This document shows, piece after piece, positions 23,336-34,572 of a stretch of DNA of 64,000 bases. The notes beneath the pieces are model-generated. The model saw only the letters and a list, made by a program, of their open reading frames with translations, was not told where the DNA came from and did not search any database. How positions within the stretch are numbered: the stretch's first letter is position 1; each line of letters starts with the position of its first letter. A program made the translations under genes and the position numbers. The DNA lies in NCBI GenBank assembly GCA_000091205.1, contig AP006495.2; one strand, 5' to 3'. Origin of the DNA: Cyanidioschyzon merolae (taxonomy: Eukaryota).

Positions 23336-24035
23336 GCTCGCAGTTGTTCATAAGACAGAAGGAGTTCCCCGTATAAACGCCCCAAAACCGTTGTTCAAGA
23401 AAATACAAGAGCGTTCTTTGCGCTGAGGTAGCACGAATGTGCCTAGTCCGGCGAGAGGCGCGCTGCCTGCGGGAACCTCTGACCTCAAGCCAATAGCAGC
23501 AGCAGCAGCTGGGGCTTTACGAGACACCTGGGTCTTTCGTGTACAGGAGTGTCCAACGTCCAGATCAAAGATTCGCTTCTTATTCGTATACCGGGCGACT
23601 CGTCCGCGAACTTTCTCAAACGCAAAGCTTGAGAGTACGCGTCAAGTCGCAGGGCTAAGTGCCGGAGCGCCCGGCAGAAAGCGCTTGTACCTCGAGCCAC
23701 AGACCGGTTGCCACTCCCTTTCTTTTCGCTTGACCAGCGACTATTCCTCAGCACCGACCTGCAGATCCTGAAATCACTTATACCCAAACGCAAGGTGCGC
23801 AAGAAAAGTGCTCTCCACAGTGGAGCTGCGGTACAGCCAAAGAGCTATGGAAGCGGTATGGACGGGCGCGTCCTGCTCTGAGGCAGTCGAGCAGAGCCAC
23901 GGGCTCTACAACGTGCACCTGTCTGAACGTTGATATCCGCTTTTCCGGAGCTGTGTTGTTACTGCGTCCTTCTGGTGCCATTAAACGCTTGTAAACCAGC
24001 GAGGAGACGTTGTTCTCGCTTCGAAACTCTTTACT

Positions 24036-25784
24036 ATGAGTACAAGTCAAGTCATCGACTACATCATTCGCAAGCTCATTGAAGCCTACGAAAACGACGA
24101 GGCCGTTTCGCTGGATCGGTTAAAACTAGAAGCTGCAAAGCATTTCGGTGTTAATGGAGTACCAAAGCTCATGGACATAGTGGCTGCTGTGCCAGACGAA
24201 TACCGCGACGTACTCGTTCCACAGCTGCGCGTCAAGCCGGTACGCTCGTCGTCGGGAATCATCATCGTTGCCGTGATGTCGAAGCCGCACCGTTGCCCTC
24301 ACATCTACACGACCGGCAGCGTCTGTATTTACTGTCCAGGGGGTCCCGACTCGTCTTTCCCGTACTCTGCTCAGTCCTATACTGGGTTAGAGCCGACGAG
24401 TATGCGAGCGATTAGGGCGCGTTACGATCCCTACCTTCAGGTACGCTCTAGGATCGATCAGTTGCAATCGCTTGGTCACGCAGCTGACAAAGTGGAGTTT
24501 ATCATTCAAGGCGGTACGTTCATGAGTTTGCCTGCAGACTACCGGGATTGGTTTATTCGTAACCTTCACGACGCGCTCTCGGGACACGCGTCCATGAGTG
24601 TTGCCGAGGCGGTCCGCTACGGCGAGCAGAGCGCCAGATACAAGTGCATAGGGCTCACCATAGAGACTCGTCCAGACTTTTGCCAACGAACACATCTAGA
24701 CGCGATGCTGCAATACGGTTGCACCCGTCTAGAAATAGGGGTGCAGAGCGTCTACGAGGATATCGCGAGACTGACCAATCGGGGTCACACGGTTGAGGCC
24801 GTCATTCGCTGCTTCCAGCTCGCCAAGGATGCCGGTTACAAAGTTGTCGCCCACCTGATGCCAAACCTCCCGGATATGGATCGAGAGCGTGATGTCGAGT
24901 GCTTCCGGGAGTTCTTCGAGAACCCGGCCTTTCGCGCCGATGGTCTGAAAATATATCCGACGCTGATCCTGGCAAACACGGGCCTCTATGAGCTGTGGCG
25001 AGCGGGAAAATATCGCAGTATGCCACCTCCTGAGCTTGTTGATCACGTTGCGGAGCTCTTGTCTCTAGTACCACCATGGGTACGAGTCTACCGCGTCCAG
25101 CGTGATATTCCGATGCCGCTGGTCACCAGCGGTGTACAGTTTGGCAACCTTCGGGAACTGGTGTTAGCACGAATGCGCGACCTGGGACTACGTTGTCGAG
25201 ACGTGCGGACTCGTGAAGTTGGTATCCGGGAAATCCATGAAGCAGTTCGACCGCAATCTATTGAACTTGTTCGGCGCGATTATGTGGCGAATGGTAGCTG
25301 GGAGACCTTCTTGGCCTACGAAGATCCGGTACGGGATATTTTGGTAGCACTGCTTCGACTGCGGCGCCTCAGCAAAGAGACAACGCATCGGATGGAACTG
25401 CGTATTGAAGACACAGCTGCCGGGGATGATTCGAGCAATAGTGGCGTTGGGCAAGGCACCGGTTGCTCTGTGGTGCGCGAGCTCCACGTCTACGGGACAG
25501 TGGTGCCCGTTCACGAACGAGACCCGACTCGATTTCAGCATCGGGGCTTCGGTACGCTCCTCATGGAAGAAGCGGAGCGGATCGCTCGCGAAGAGCATCG
25601 CAGCTGCAAGCTCGCGGTTATCTCTGGCATTGGCACTCGAAACTATTATCGCAAACTGGGTTACACACTCGAAGGGCCCTATATGGTGAAGTACTTGGCA
25701 GCGGGTACTGCGAAGGTCTCGCCCAGCGGTATGTCCAGTTGTATGGGCGAACAGATACGCGCAGATATGGCTGTTTCCGTGTAG
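24036..25784 (+). CDS. ELP3: Elongator complex protein 3 (radical SAM plus GNAT acetyltransferase)
   Basis: Matches the human/yeast ELP3 sequence as I recall it across the whole length ([17 protein letters not shown], ...[13 protein letters not shown]..., ...[22 protein letters not shown]...). Uninterrupted 582-aa ORF. Confidence 0.95.
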   Translation: MSTSQVIDYIIRKLIEAYENDEAVSLDRLKLEAAKHFGVNGVPKLMDIVAAVPDEYRDVLVPQLRVKPVRSSSGIIIVAVMSKPHRCPHIYTTGSVCIYCPGGPDSSFPYSAQSYTGLEPTSMRAIRARYDPYLQVRSRIDQLQSLGHAADKVEFIIQGGTFMSLPADYRDWFIRNLHDALSGHASMSVAEAVRYGEQSARYKCIGLTIETRPDFCQRTHLDAMLQYGCTRLEIGVQSVYEDIARLTNRGHTVEAVIRCFQLAKDAGYKVVAHLMPNLPDMDRERDVECFREFFENPAFRADGLKIYPTLILANTGLYELWRAGKYRSMPPPELVDHVAELLSLVPPWVRVYRVQRDIPMPLVTSGVQFGNLRELVLARMRDLGLRCRDVRTREVGIREIHEAVRPQSIELVRRDYVANGSWETFLAYEDPVRDILVALLRLRRLSKETTHRMELRIEDTAAGDDSSNSGVGQGTGCSVVRELHVYGTVVPVHERDPTRFQHRGFGTLLMEEAERIAREEHRSCKLAVISGIGTRNYYRKLGYTLEGPYMVKYLAAGTAKVSPSGMSSCMGEQIRADMAVSV

Positions 25785-26607
25785 GTTCCTCTATCTGCTG
25801 GCTGTGGAGCGTGGAGATAACCCCAGGCCATGCCAGACGACAGCTTCCGTTCACCAAATCAGCGTGGATGCTGGGAAGGCTCCACGCTACATCTACGGTC
25901 AAGCGGTGCACCTTGGATGCATCCAAGGTGGTATTAGACAATAGTATCCCATCATTAGCTCCGAGCATATCCAGGGAAGCTTTGAGCGCAGCATGCGAAG
26001 CCCAGCTCCTGCGTTGTAAAGGCGCTGCTCGCTAGAAACATTTTGTTTCCAGCTTCTCATGCAGATACAGGTGAAACTGGTTTTCTAAATGGTGTCATCC
26101 ATCGGCAGTGAGTGACTGAAGCACACATGACTCCTGTGCCGACTGGACGAGGTCAAGCGCTCGGTACCTATTGAGCTGGGGACGACGCATCTGCCTGGAT
26201 TCATTTTCTGCAGAACCGCGATGCTGTGATGAGGCGTTCCCATCGAGACAAGGACATCGTGCACGGCAGGCGCCTAGCTTCTTCTGCTTCCAATATAGCG
26301 CATCTCCGCACATTGCATCGCTGGAATATAAACTGCTCATCTAGAATTTATGCGGCAAAACTTGCAACGCCCAGTTCTCCGCGTCAGAACATGTACGTTT
26401 TGCGTGCCTCATCGCAACGCTCACGAAAAGTACCATGTTCAGCAGTCGCTGCAGAGGCCTGCCCGCAGTGCGCCCTCCGCCCTAGTTCGGTAAGTGGCTG
26501 CATTCGAGCGAGTCGTCATCTGTGCCGAAACCGCATGAAGGATGCGCAGACCCTACGAGAAGTTTTTCTATCCAATGGAACGCATGAAAACATGCGCCCT
26601 CGACCCC

Positions 26608-28175
26608 CATATCAGACATACATGGAACGGGCCCACAGCGCTCAATCGGGCGTACACACGAAATGCGGAGCATCTCGTATTTGTCATGAACAAATGACCC
26701 GGTAGGCCTCTTCCGACACAGCGTACTTGCTCTCGTTCGCACCTCGGGATTTTTGGACACGCCAGTCTCTCTGGACCCCGCAGTTCCACGGTCTCCCGTC
26801 GAAGGATGCTCGTGGCAGCGCCCGAGTCCCGATCTCACAGCTGCCGGCTGTTGTCGATGCAGTTCATCCACAGGCGAGACTTGCAATCCATGCTTCGCTT
26901 GCCAGCTTCGTCTTCTTCGAATACAGCGCCGATGCGCTTTGCGCAGCGGTCGCACTCGACTGCTGTTGACGGGTACGCCACATGTCCAGCGCACACCCGT
27001 CACCGAGTGCAGCGCTGTGCGGCGTGAAGGACTCCTCCAGTGCTCGGTGCACGCCCCTGACGAGTACAGAAGGCGTCGCTCGATGCCGTGCTCCGTTGCC
27101 GCGCCCGGTACCGTACACTGTCGTCACGAACTTGTTCAGGGCGATCCCCTCGGCGAGTACGCTGTCCGCGGCAGACGCAAGCGAAGGCTTCTGCATTACG
27201 CAGAGGATCTGTGAAACGCGGTGCTGTCCGTGATAGAGCACGGAGCAGACGGAAGCTTCACACTCGAGAAGTCGTCGACATACTCCGAGCCGTTTCCGAT
27301 CCCTGGTTGCAAAGCGGTGACACAGGCTCCGCTGGAAGCGAGTGCCGGGAGAGCTGGTATCCGAGTCCGAGACCGAGCACCCATGGACGGGCAGGAGCCG
27401 AGCACCCGTGGACGGGCAGGAGCCGAGCACCCGTGGACGGGCAGGAGCCGAGCACCCGTGGACGGGCAGGAGCCGAGCACCCGTGGACGGGCAGGAGCCG
27501 AGCACCCGTGGACGGGCAGGAGCCGAGCACCCATGGACGGGCAGGAGCCGAGCACCCATGGACGGGCAGGAGCCGAGCACCCCTGGACGTCCGTGCCCTG
27601 TGGGGTACCGTGCTTGCGTCGAACGCCGTCTCAGCGGTGTTAGCAAGGAGCCGGGCGATATGTCTCCTCGGCCGAGTTCGACGCTCTGACTTGCGAAGTA
27701 CGGTGAGCGATCGGCTCGAGCTTGTGAGCAAGTCGTTAACGGACGGCGTCGACGAACGTTCCGAAAGCGTCCAGGTGCTTGAGGTGGCGCGCCCACTGGG
27801 TTGCCTCGGAATAGCAAGGTCGAAAACCTGAAGATTGGATACTCGGAGCGGGCTGCAAGTGAAGATAGAAGAAGAGAGGCGTCTAGCGCGTATGCATACA
27901 ACGGTAGTATCGATTCGTTTACGATGCCTTGTTCGCGGGTGTCCCGAATCGTCTCGATTCTGGTGACGTAACGAGTTGCAGCGGCACATCGTTGAACGTG
28001 TCGCTCCGCGAGAAAGAAGAACCACCGACCTAGAATCCTGAGAGTGTATACGAATCCGTAAGCATTTTATTGGTGCTCCATGAAAGTCAGCGCTTTGCAT
28101 CTGAACAAGTTCAGAGGGAAATCTAAATGCAGGAACAGGGTGTGCAGTTCTTTTGTAGACTTATATCTGACGCGG
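26608..28175. repeat. Segmental duplication, copy 2 (about 1.57 kb)
   Basis: See copy 1. Its right end directly abuts the TnpB/Fanzor-like fragment B. Confidence 0.9.
27370..27590. repeat. 25-bp minisatellite, about 8.7 units (one unit more than in copy 1)
   Basis: Direct reading. The A/G variant pattern differs between the arrays (copy 1: a,g,a,a,g,g,a,a; copy 2: a,g,g,g,g,g,a,a). Confidence 0.9.
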
Positions 28176-28760
28176 ATGCAGGACTGTGTGAACACTGAGC
28201 AATACAAAAAAACGTTCAACGGCCATGGAGGGTATACAGACATCCTCCCTCGCAGACGCCGCCCAGCCTTCTTCGACTGGCTCCCCTGCTATCGGCTTCA
28301 GTTTCTCCTTGTACATTTCGTGTTGGAAAAGTTGCCCCACGAAGTTCGCACGTGTCAGCTTCCCCGGTCTCGTCTTCAGCACCACTCAACACCTGATATC
28401 CTTGACGGCGTTGAAGTCTCGGTTCACGAACTCCACGCGTTTTAGTCTCTCGTGGAGCTCATTCAGGCGAGGCTTCTTCGAACTCGCGCCCCCTGCGGCA
28501 TGTGCTGCTCTATCAGCTGTCCGAGGTTTTCCAACGCCGAACCGCTCCGTTGCCTTCTCTCAACATCAGCCTTCGGAAGTGTAAACCCCAGATCAGCCTG
28601 TGTTTTGCTCGTTCGGAACACAGCTATCGGTACCGCGACCAAACGCTGCGAGCTCTCCTTGTACGCGCGCGCCAAAAGAACCAATATTCTCCCTTTTTGG
28701 GGCAAGCAGTGCCCTGACCAGTTTCCCGCTAAAAGCTTTTGACCCTCATCCTCGTTTAAG
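28176..28760 (-). mobile_element. 5'-truncated and internally deleted TnpB/Fanzor-like fragment (copy B)
   Basis: Minus-strand reading gives ...SSQRLVAVPIAVFRTSKTQADLGF...RVEFVNRDFNAVKDIRC* and then VVLKTRPGKLTRANFVGQ...YKEKLKPI (ORFs 28463..28705 and 28161..28385). Confidence 0.55.
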
Positions 28761-29012
28761 GTGCTCAGCTATCTCAAGAAATCGACACTTGTACGCTTCT
28801 TCCTTTCGTACAAACACATACGGTGGCGGGGTGGGGGCCTGTCCGCCGATGCAGACCGCCTTCCACAGCTCGTCGGTATGAGTGTTTTGAACTTTCCTGT
28901 ACTCACGAACAGCTTCAAACTCCGCTCCTCGAAACGTGACTTTCTTCATCGCATCCCGGTACTTATTTAGTGCCGGTTGTTCAGTCGTAACTTGTTTCGA
29001 CGGCTCCGTCAT
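28746..29012 (-). CDS. Small hypothetical protein (88 aa)
   Basis: Clean ORF of lower GC with a plausible start and stop. No motif recognised. Confidence 0.3.
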   Translation of the reverse strand: MTEPSKQVTTEQPALNKYRDAMKKVTFRGAEFEAVREYRKVQNTHTDELWKAVCIGGQAPTPPPYVFVRKEEAYKCRFLEIAEHLKRG

Positions 29013-30027
29013 ACCCGACTATCGGTAGTTTCAAGCTCGCTAGACCTCCAACGGATGCATCTCATTCTGGCGCAGGTTGTCGCCAATACTATTTTTCCAT
29101 GGACAAAACGTTTACGTAGGTCAGTGTTCTCCGATTATGCGCATTTTCCTCTCTTTTTGTGGGTTTTTCAGTGCACGCTGAAGTATCCATCAAAACGCCC
29201 TACCTCCAAGTTGCATCACCCATACTTTTTCTCGGATATTCTGGTCGTTTCACACTTTGTATCGTGTGTGCCTAGTGCCTGCGGAAAGCGACAGCAATGG
29301 CGCCTATAGCGCCGGTGCGGTCGCTGTACGGAGACAATGGCGTTGTCGTAGTACAGAGGGCGTTGGCTCCAGGGTCGCCAATGCGATCTGCCAAATATGG
29401 AGGTGCGTTTATCGAGCGTGCTGTATGGAAAAAAAGGACAGAAACGAAACACGAACTAGCAACGAGATAACAACTTCGTTCCTGCCTCTCCGGTAAACCT
29501 TAAAATGGGGAAAAGGTTTACGTATTGGCGAAAGGTCCCGCGAGCCAGACGACTCTACCGGGCTTGCGCTCCGTGCTTCTCCCAGTAACGGATGGTGTTG
29601 TGAGATCTAAGCAGCTCGTCCGAAACGGAGTTTATTCTGAGACCCGGAGCGAGCATGCTGCATCTGGGCCTCGGCCTGGTTTCGGTAAACTCTTATGAAA
29701 TCGCTTCGCGCTGTCGCGAGCAGAAGGTCTGTCTGCGCAGCTTGCAGGCTCGCAGCATAGTTATGGATCCCGATTCCATATCGTATGAAACACACCTCGA
29801 GCGGACGCCGTCTGTGGTATGGCAATGCCGCCCTGTCTCCATGAGGCATCCGCTCCAGCTGCATAGGCGCAAAGGCGGACCCTCAAAGCAGGCACTCCGC
29901 GGCCGATAGAACGTACAAAAAGACGAGTACATCCCAGAACAGTTGATGGAACTTGGATGCAGGGTGCAGCAGCATGATCGACACTTTCCCGAAAGCCAAT
30001 ATCGGTTCCGCACTCTGGGATCCATGG

Positions 30028-31200
30028 TCAATGGAAACGATTTGTTATTGGAAGAAAATCCGTCCCACGCTTGGGCGCAGCGATGGACATGGTATCCTTC
30101 CTCCCTGGGTCCACGCTGACGACAACGTCGTTCACCTGTACTCCATACATCGCGGGGCCCGCCTCTTTCTTTTCATGCTTCGTCATAGGCGACAGCGAAG
30201 ACAGAATAGGACGAGCCACCCTCAAGCGCCAGCAGTGAACGCACATGGATATTCCGTATCGCGTTCGATCGTTCACGTGAATGCCTTTTTCTTTCTCGTG
30301 TCGAGCCGTTCCGAAACGAGGACATTCTTTCAATACGTTTCCCGCTTTTCGCCTGTGAACTCCGTGCTGCTTACATCGGACCCGGACTTGTCTCCTTCAT
30401 GATGCCGTAAAGGACTCTGGAGTTGATGGTCCCAAAGTGTGACTTGATGTTGGATGACGCAGCGACGTCAAAGCGCTTCTCCAGAAGCGCAACCTTCCGT
30501 TTCACCGAATCTGCATCATTATTTTCAACAATATCCATATTCGTCTTGCGTTCGAGCTCTCGGTTCGAAAACACGAAACAGAGCAGAATAAGGGGATAAC
30601 ATCTTTTTTCATATCCGATGCCTTTTCTGCATGGTTGACCAGCCCCAGAACCGCGCAATGCTCTTGAATAGCTGTATGGATCACAGAATCGTCATTCGTG
30701 ATACTGTGAGACGTATCGTCGTTGACGGAATCAGTTTTGCCTTCATCCCGACGATCGTTCATGATGCCATTGATACTGGCCCATATCTCTTCTTGGGAGA
30801 GAGGCCTGGTTAGAGCGCAAAGCCGGAGCGTATCATGAAGTGTTTGAGGTTCATGGTGAATACGGTTCTTCAGATTCGTGAGGTACTTCGTCGCCCCGTG
30901 TCCGCAAATACGCGAGTCAAGCCTGTATCGAGAACCGCTGGAGCGGTATTCGACGTAATCTTCGTGGAGGCGTGTACTCCCTCATTTCTCCTCAGCGTTT
31001 CCACTGTTCAAACCATAAGGTGGCCGATAAAGGTCGAGCTGACAAAGTCTCCCGGAATATCAACTGTCTGGCTGTGCTTGACGTCGTCCAGCATCTCCTT
31101 CACCAAATGCTGTAGTCATGAAGAAATCTTTTTCATACTCGTGCAGCAGGACGCGAAACGGTTTCTGATAGCCTCCCGCAAATTTTGCATGTAGGAACCC
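30028..31200 (-). pseudogene. Degenerate copy of the N-terminal (REC to RuvC-I) half of the TnpB/Fanzor-like gene (copy F)
   Basis: Minus-strand frames give VKVYLHGLIKGSYMQNLREAIRN (vs [23 protein letters not shown] in copy D). They also give NSVIHTAIQEHCAVLGLVN..., ...NRELERK...KSHFGTINSRVLYGI..., and ...VNDVVVSVDPGRKDTMSIAAPKRG (the RuvC-I-like VDPG). Frameshifts are present. Confidence 0.6.
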
Positions 31201-32532
31201 TTGATAAGCCCATGAAGATAGACTTTCACCACCCTCTCGCCGTATTGTTGTCTTTCGAATTGCTTTTGGTGTCTGGCCTCCTGCCTCAGCTTCTTCGTCG
31301 TCTCCTGTTACTCTGGGTTCGACACTGTTTTCCGTATTTTTACGGCAGCAGGCGACACCAGGTCTCTAGGATCCTCGACTTGAACGAACATACTTTTACA
31401 TTGGATTTTTATCTCTTCAAAATCAACGCACTTCTTTATGCCCATGGATGACGAACTTCCTGGAGGGTCTAGGACTTGACGAAGGAATACATCATGTGCT
31501 CCTGGTGTATTTCGGTTTGCTGAACGCTTCAGCGATTCACCCAGTGGTGCGATCATCATGTCTCACGATAGATAACGTTCCTTCGATGTGCTGAACCATG
31601 GAGAGTACGGAGGAATGAAGCGTAGCTCTATCCCGATAGAATCGGTAACAACTCCAACGCAAGAGAAAGGTGAAATGAAAGATACCCCAATGGAAGGAGC
31701 GCTGCCAGGCTTCAGGGGAAATTCTTCAATGATTCGACGAACTATGTGCTGTTGTATGAGCCTTCTCTATGCGCGAAACTGAGACCTTCAAACGAATCCA
31801 ATGCAGCTAGAACGAATAAGCGCAAGGTTCTCTCCAGTCTCAATTTTACATACAACGGGCACCCTGCTCCGCGAATACCCATATACGCTCCGATCGTTTC
31901 GTCCGAAGTGAGTCTCATCGACTGAAAAAGCAAAATAAAGTCCCTTTGTTTCGTACTGATCGGGACGTTAACGGAACCTGTCATTCTGATTTCGGTGGAA
32001 AATGGCCGTGCACGAGCTAGGATTCTATCTTGCGACTTTATCCCAGCGATTTCAGGATCTCACGAACAAGCTGTTGAGAAATCGAGACGCCCGTGGCGGC
32101 TTCAGTCGCCACCACTGCCTCCTGTAAGATGATAAACGTGTTGTTTTCTTCCATTGACAGCAAGCACGCTTTGAAAATACCGGTTTTTGACGCGGAGCGC
32201 ATCTACTTTCTTTCAGAGTTCTCTAGCCATCTGAGTACTGTGGTATGACCGACCTGAAGGAGGAATGCCGTCCTTCTTGCACTGTACAGTAAAGATATAT
32301 ACCCTAGAGACAATTTTCTACGGTCTATACGGTACATTGTATCATGATTTCGATCTCCTGCTGTACACCGCAGCGAGGATGGAACAAAACTGAGCTGGAA
32401 GACTGAAATTGGCTGTCTGACCTGGTTTGCACTGCATGACGCGGGTCGCGGGATACATTTTTCCTGTGCAACGTTCAGTCAAAACTACTTGAAAATCCAG
32501 CCGAGTTAGCTTGGCTTTGCGGACTGCAGGAG

Positions 32533-33690
32533 GTGGACGCACCCCCGCGAGGTCATCGCTTACCGCGGGGCGCACTGGACCCCAACCGGGGTTGGACTTC
32601 GTGCTCGCGCTCAACAATGGCGCTTCAATCAACTCGGGGAAAGAAAAACATTGGCATGCCAGACGCAGTCACTAGCTCGCTTGTCCCTGATGACGACTCT
32701 TTAGCGCTAAAGCAGGCTGTCTCGCTCCTCATGCGCCAGAACGGTGTGTTGGTGTTGCACTTTTGCCGCTCACGGAAAGCGAACTCGAAACACTTCCCCG
32801 AGTGGTGTGCGCTCGAGTTGCAAGCGCTATGCCTGCTGGGACGTGAAGCAGAAGCTGTTCGCTTCGCTCGGGAACTTTTACATAAGAACGACACTGTCGG
32901 GTCGGCGTGGAGGTGCCCTCCACTGGTTCGGTGTTGCTTCAGTGTTCTGGCCAATTTCTTAGAACCGGACGAGGCTGCGTCGATAGCCAAAACGTGCTTG
33001 GAATCCTTCTTCAACTCAGTGGAAGCATCGCGCTGGGGCGAAGCGGACACGAGGGACCTGCTCGAGCGGGTCTGGCTCCGTGGCGTGCTCTTCGGCGAAG
33101 CGCTGCGCTTTCCGGGTCGTGAACAGCGGCGGGCTTGGCTCGAAAGACACCTTGCAGTGCTCGAGCATGCCATGAGTACTTCTTCCGCTGAAGGTTCAGA
33201 TGCACTGACGCATGCCCTGCATCAGTGGGTCTCGAAGGAGGCGTTGCAATCCCTGGCGAAGCGATGCATGACCAGCGACGCAGAACTCGACGAGCAGTCG
33301 ACCCTCGAACGGAATGAGCTTACGAGTCGCACTTGCGCAGCGGAAGACGAGACAACCCTGCGCTATTCTACCGATGAACGCGGACAAGTTCTCAATGCGC
33401 ATGTACGAGCTGCAGATGAGTCGGGGGCTGCTTCATGGTTGCCTATGGGAGTTTCGGCATCATTGCAGCGATTACGCCACAGGTTTCAGCATGATCCTGC
33501 ATTTGTTGCCGATTTCGTAACCTACACATGTGCTGGTATTGCTGCTCTTGGCTGGCTCATCTACGCTCACCGGACCCGTCAGCGGAAGCGGCTGCAGACC
33601 CCGGGCACTCGAATCGCGGCTAGAGGTTCGAATCGTTTCTGGCGCAGTGCCCGGGACCTGCTTCGGAGCGCGCTCTTTCTCGGTGTCTAG
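32533..33690 (+). CDS. Hypothetical protein with a single C-terminal transmembrane segment (tail-anchored type)
   Basis: Uninterrupted ORF. The C-terminal hydrophobic stretch YTCAGIAALGWLIYA is followed by HRTRQRKR. The start codon is uncertain and no motif was recognised. Confidence 0.4.
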   Translation: MDAPPRGHRLPRGALDPNRGWTSCSRSTMALQSTRGKKNIGMPDAVTSSLVPDDDSLALKQAVSLLMRQNGVLVLHFCRSRKANSKHFPEWCALELQALCLLGREAEAVRFARELLHKNDTVGSAWRCPPLVRCCFSVLANFLEPDEAASIAKTCLESFFNSVEASRWGEADTRDLLERVWLRGVLFGEALRFPGREQRRAWLERHLAVLEHAMSTSSAEGSDALTHALHQWVSKEALQSLAKRCMTSDAELDEQSTLERNELTSRTCAAEDETTLRYSTDERGQVLNAHVRAADESGAASWLPMGVSASLQRLRHRFQHDPAFVADFVTYTCAGIAALGWLIYAHRTRQRKRLQTPGTRIAARGSNRFWRSARDLLRSALFLGV

Positions 33691-34572
33691 ATATGCAGCT
33701 CGTTACTTACATGCGCTGACCACAAAATCGATGTGTGATGTCTCCGAGAAATATAAGATGAATCGAATATGCTGGGGAGGCATGATGCTTCGCTTGAGAA
33801 CCTCACGCTTTACGTCAGTTTTGGGGCCTTGGTGCAGCGATGGACCAACAGGTAGCGCTTGATGCTGTCTGGGCGACAAGAGACGTTTTTGTCTCCGTGT
33901 GCTCTACCAGAAAAGCATGGACATGCGCTCAAACACAGATTCGACACACACGCACATATAGACGCACAGCATTGTACAGACATCGCAAAAACGGTGCGAC
34001 GCTTCGTCGTCCATTGTCGTGACGGTGGCGGCTACGTACTTGTCTTTGATCTACCAACCGGGTTGAAATTGGTTCGAACATCAAGGCAGCGCATGTGGCA
34101 GCATCGGATACTTACCTCGTAATCGATTCCAGTTGCTCGCTTAGCGCTATATGCAGCGGGAGACAACCGGTCATAGAGCCGGCTTTCGATCATGGTGCAC
34201 CTTCATGCCCATTGCGTTCAAGATCCCCAGGTTGACGCAGGTTCTTCGAGCACACGTGAATCGATAAACAACGCAGCCTTTGGACTCCTCGCTTACAGTT
34301 TTTTTATGCATGGCATCGGTGTCCCTATCCATGACGAGCAATGTAGCGGGCACCGGTGCAGCACTACGCCTGCTGGGGCACAGCGCAGCCGGCCCTGAGG
34401 GCACAACGCGACGTGTGCCGTCTACGCAGCCCGGTGGCGTACAGAATCTGGGACAACACTGGATAAATCTGTCTTTGCTCGATGCGCGACGTGCAGGGTG
34501 CTGGTACCATTGCCCCGTAACTCATGTGCGGAAACGAGGCGCTATAGCGCGTGTCGACGGTAAAGACAGAGG

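Noticed and set aside
19575-28175. LTR retrotransposon with 1.55-kb LTRs
   Set aside because: The internal 5.5 kb holds conserved host genes (Sgf11-like, ELP3) and no gag/pol. The repeat termini are not TG...CA, and no TSD, PBS or PPT is evident.
33621-33650. tRNA-like T-loop string ggttcgaatcg
   Set aside because: The flanks cannot form T-stem or acceptor-stem pairing. No other T-loop or anticodon-arm candidates were convincing on either strand.
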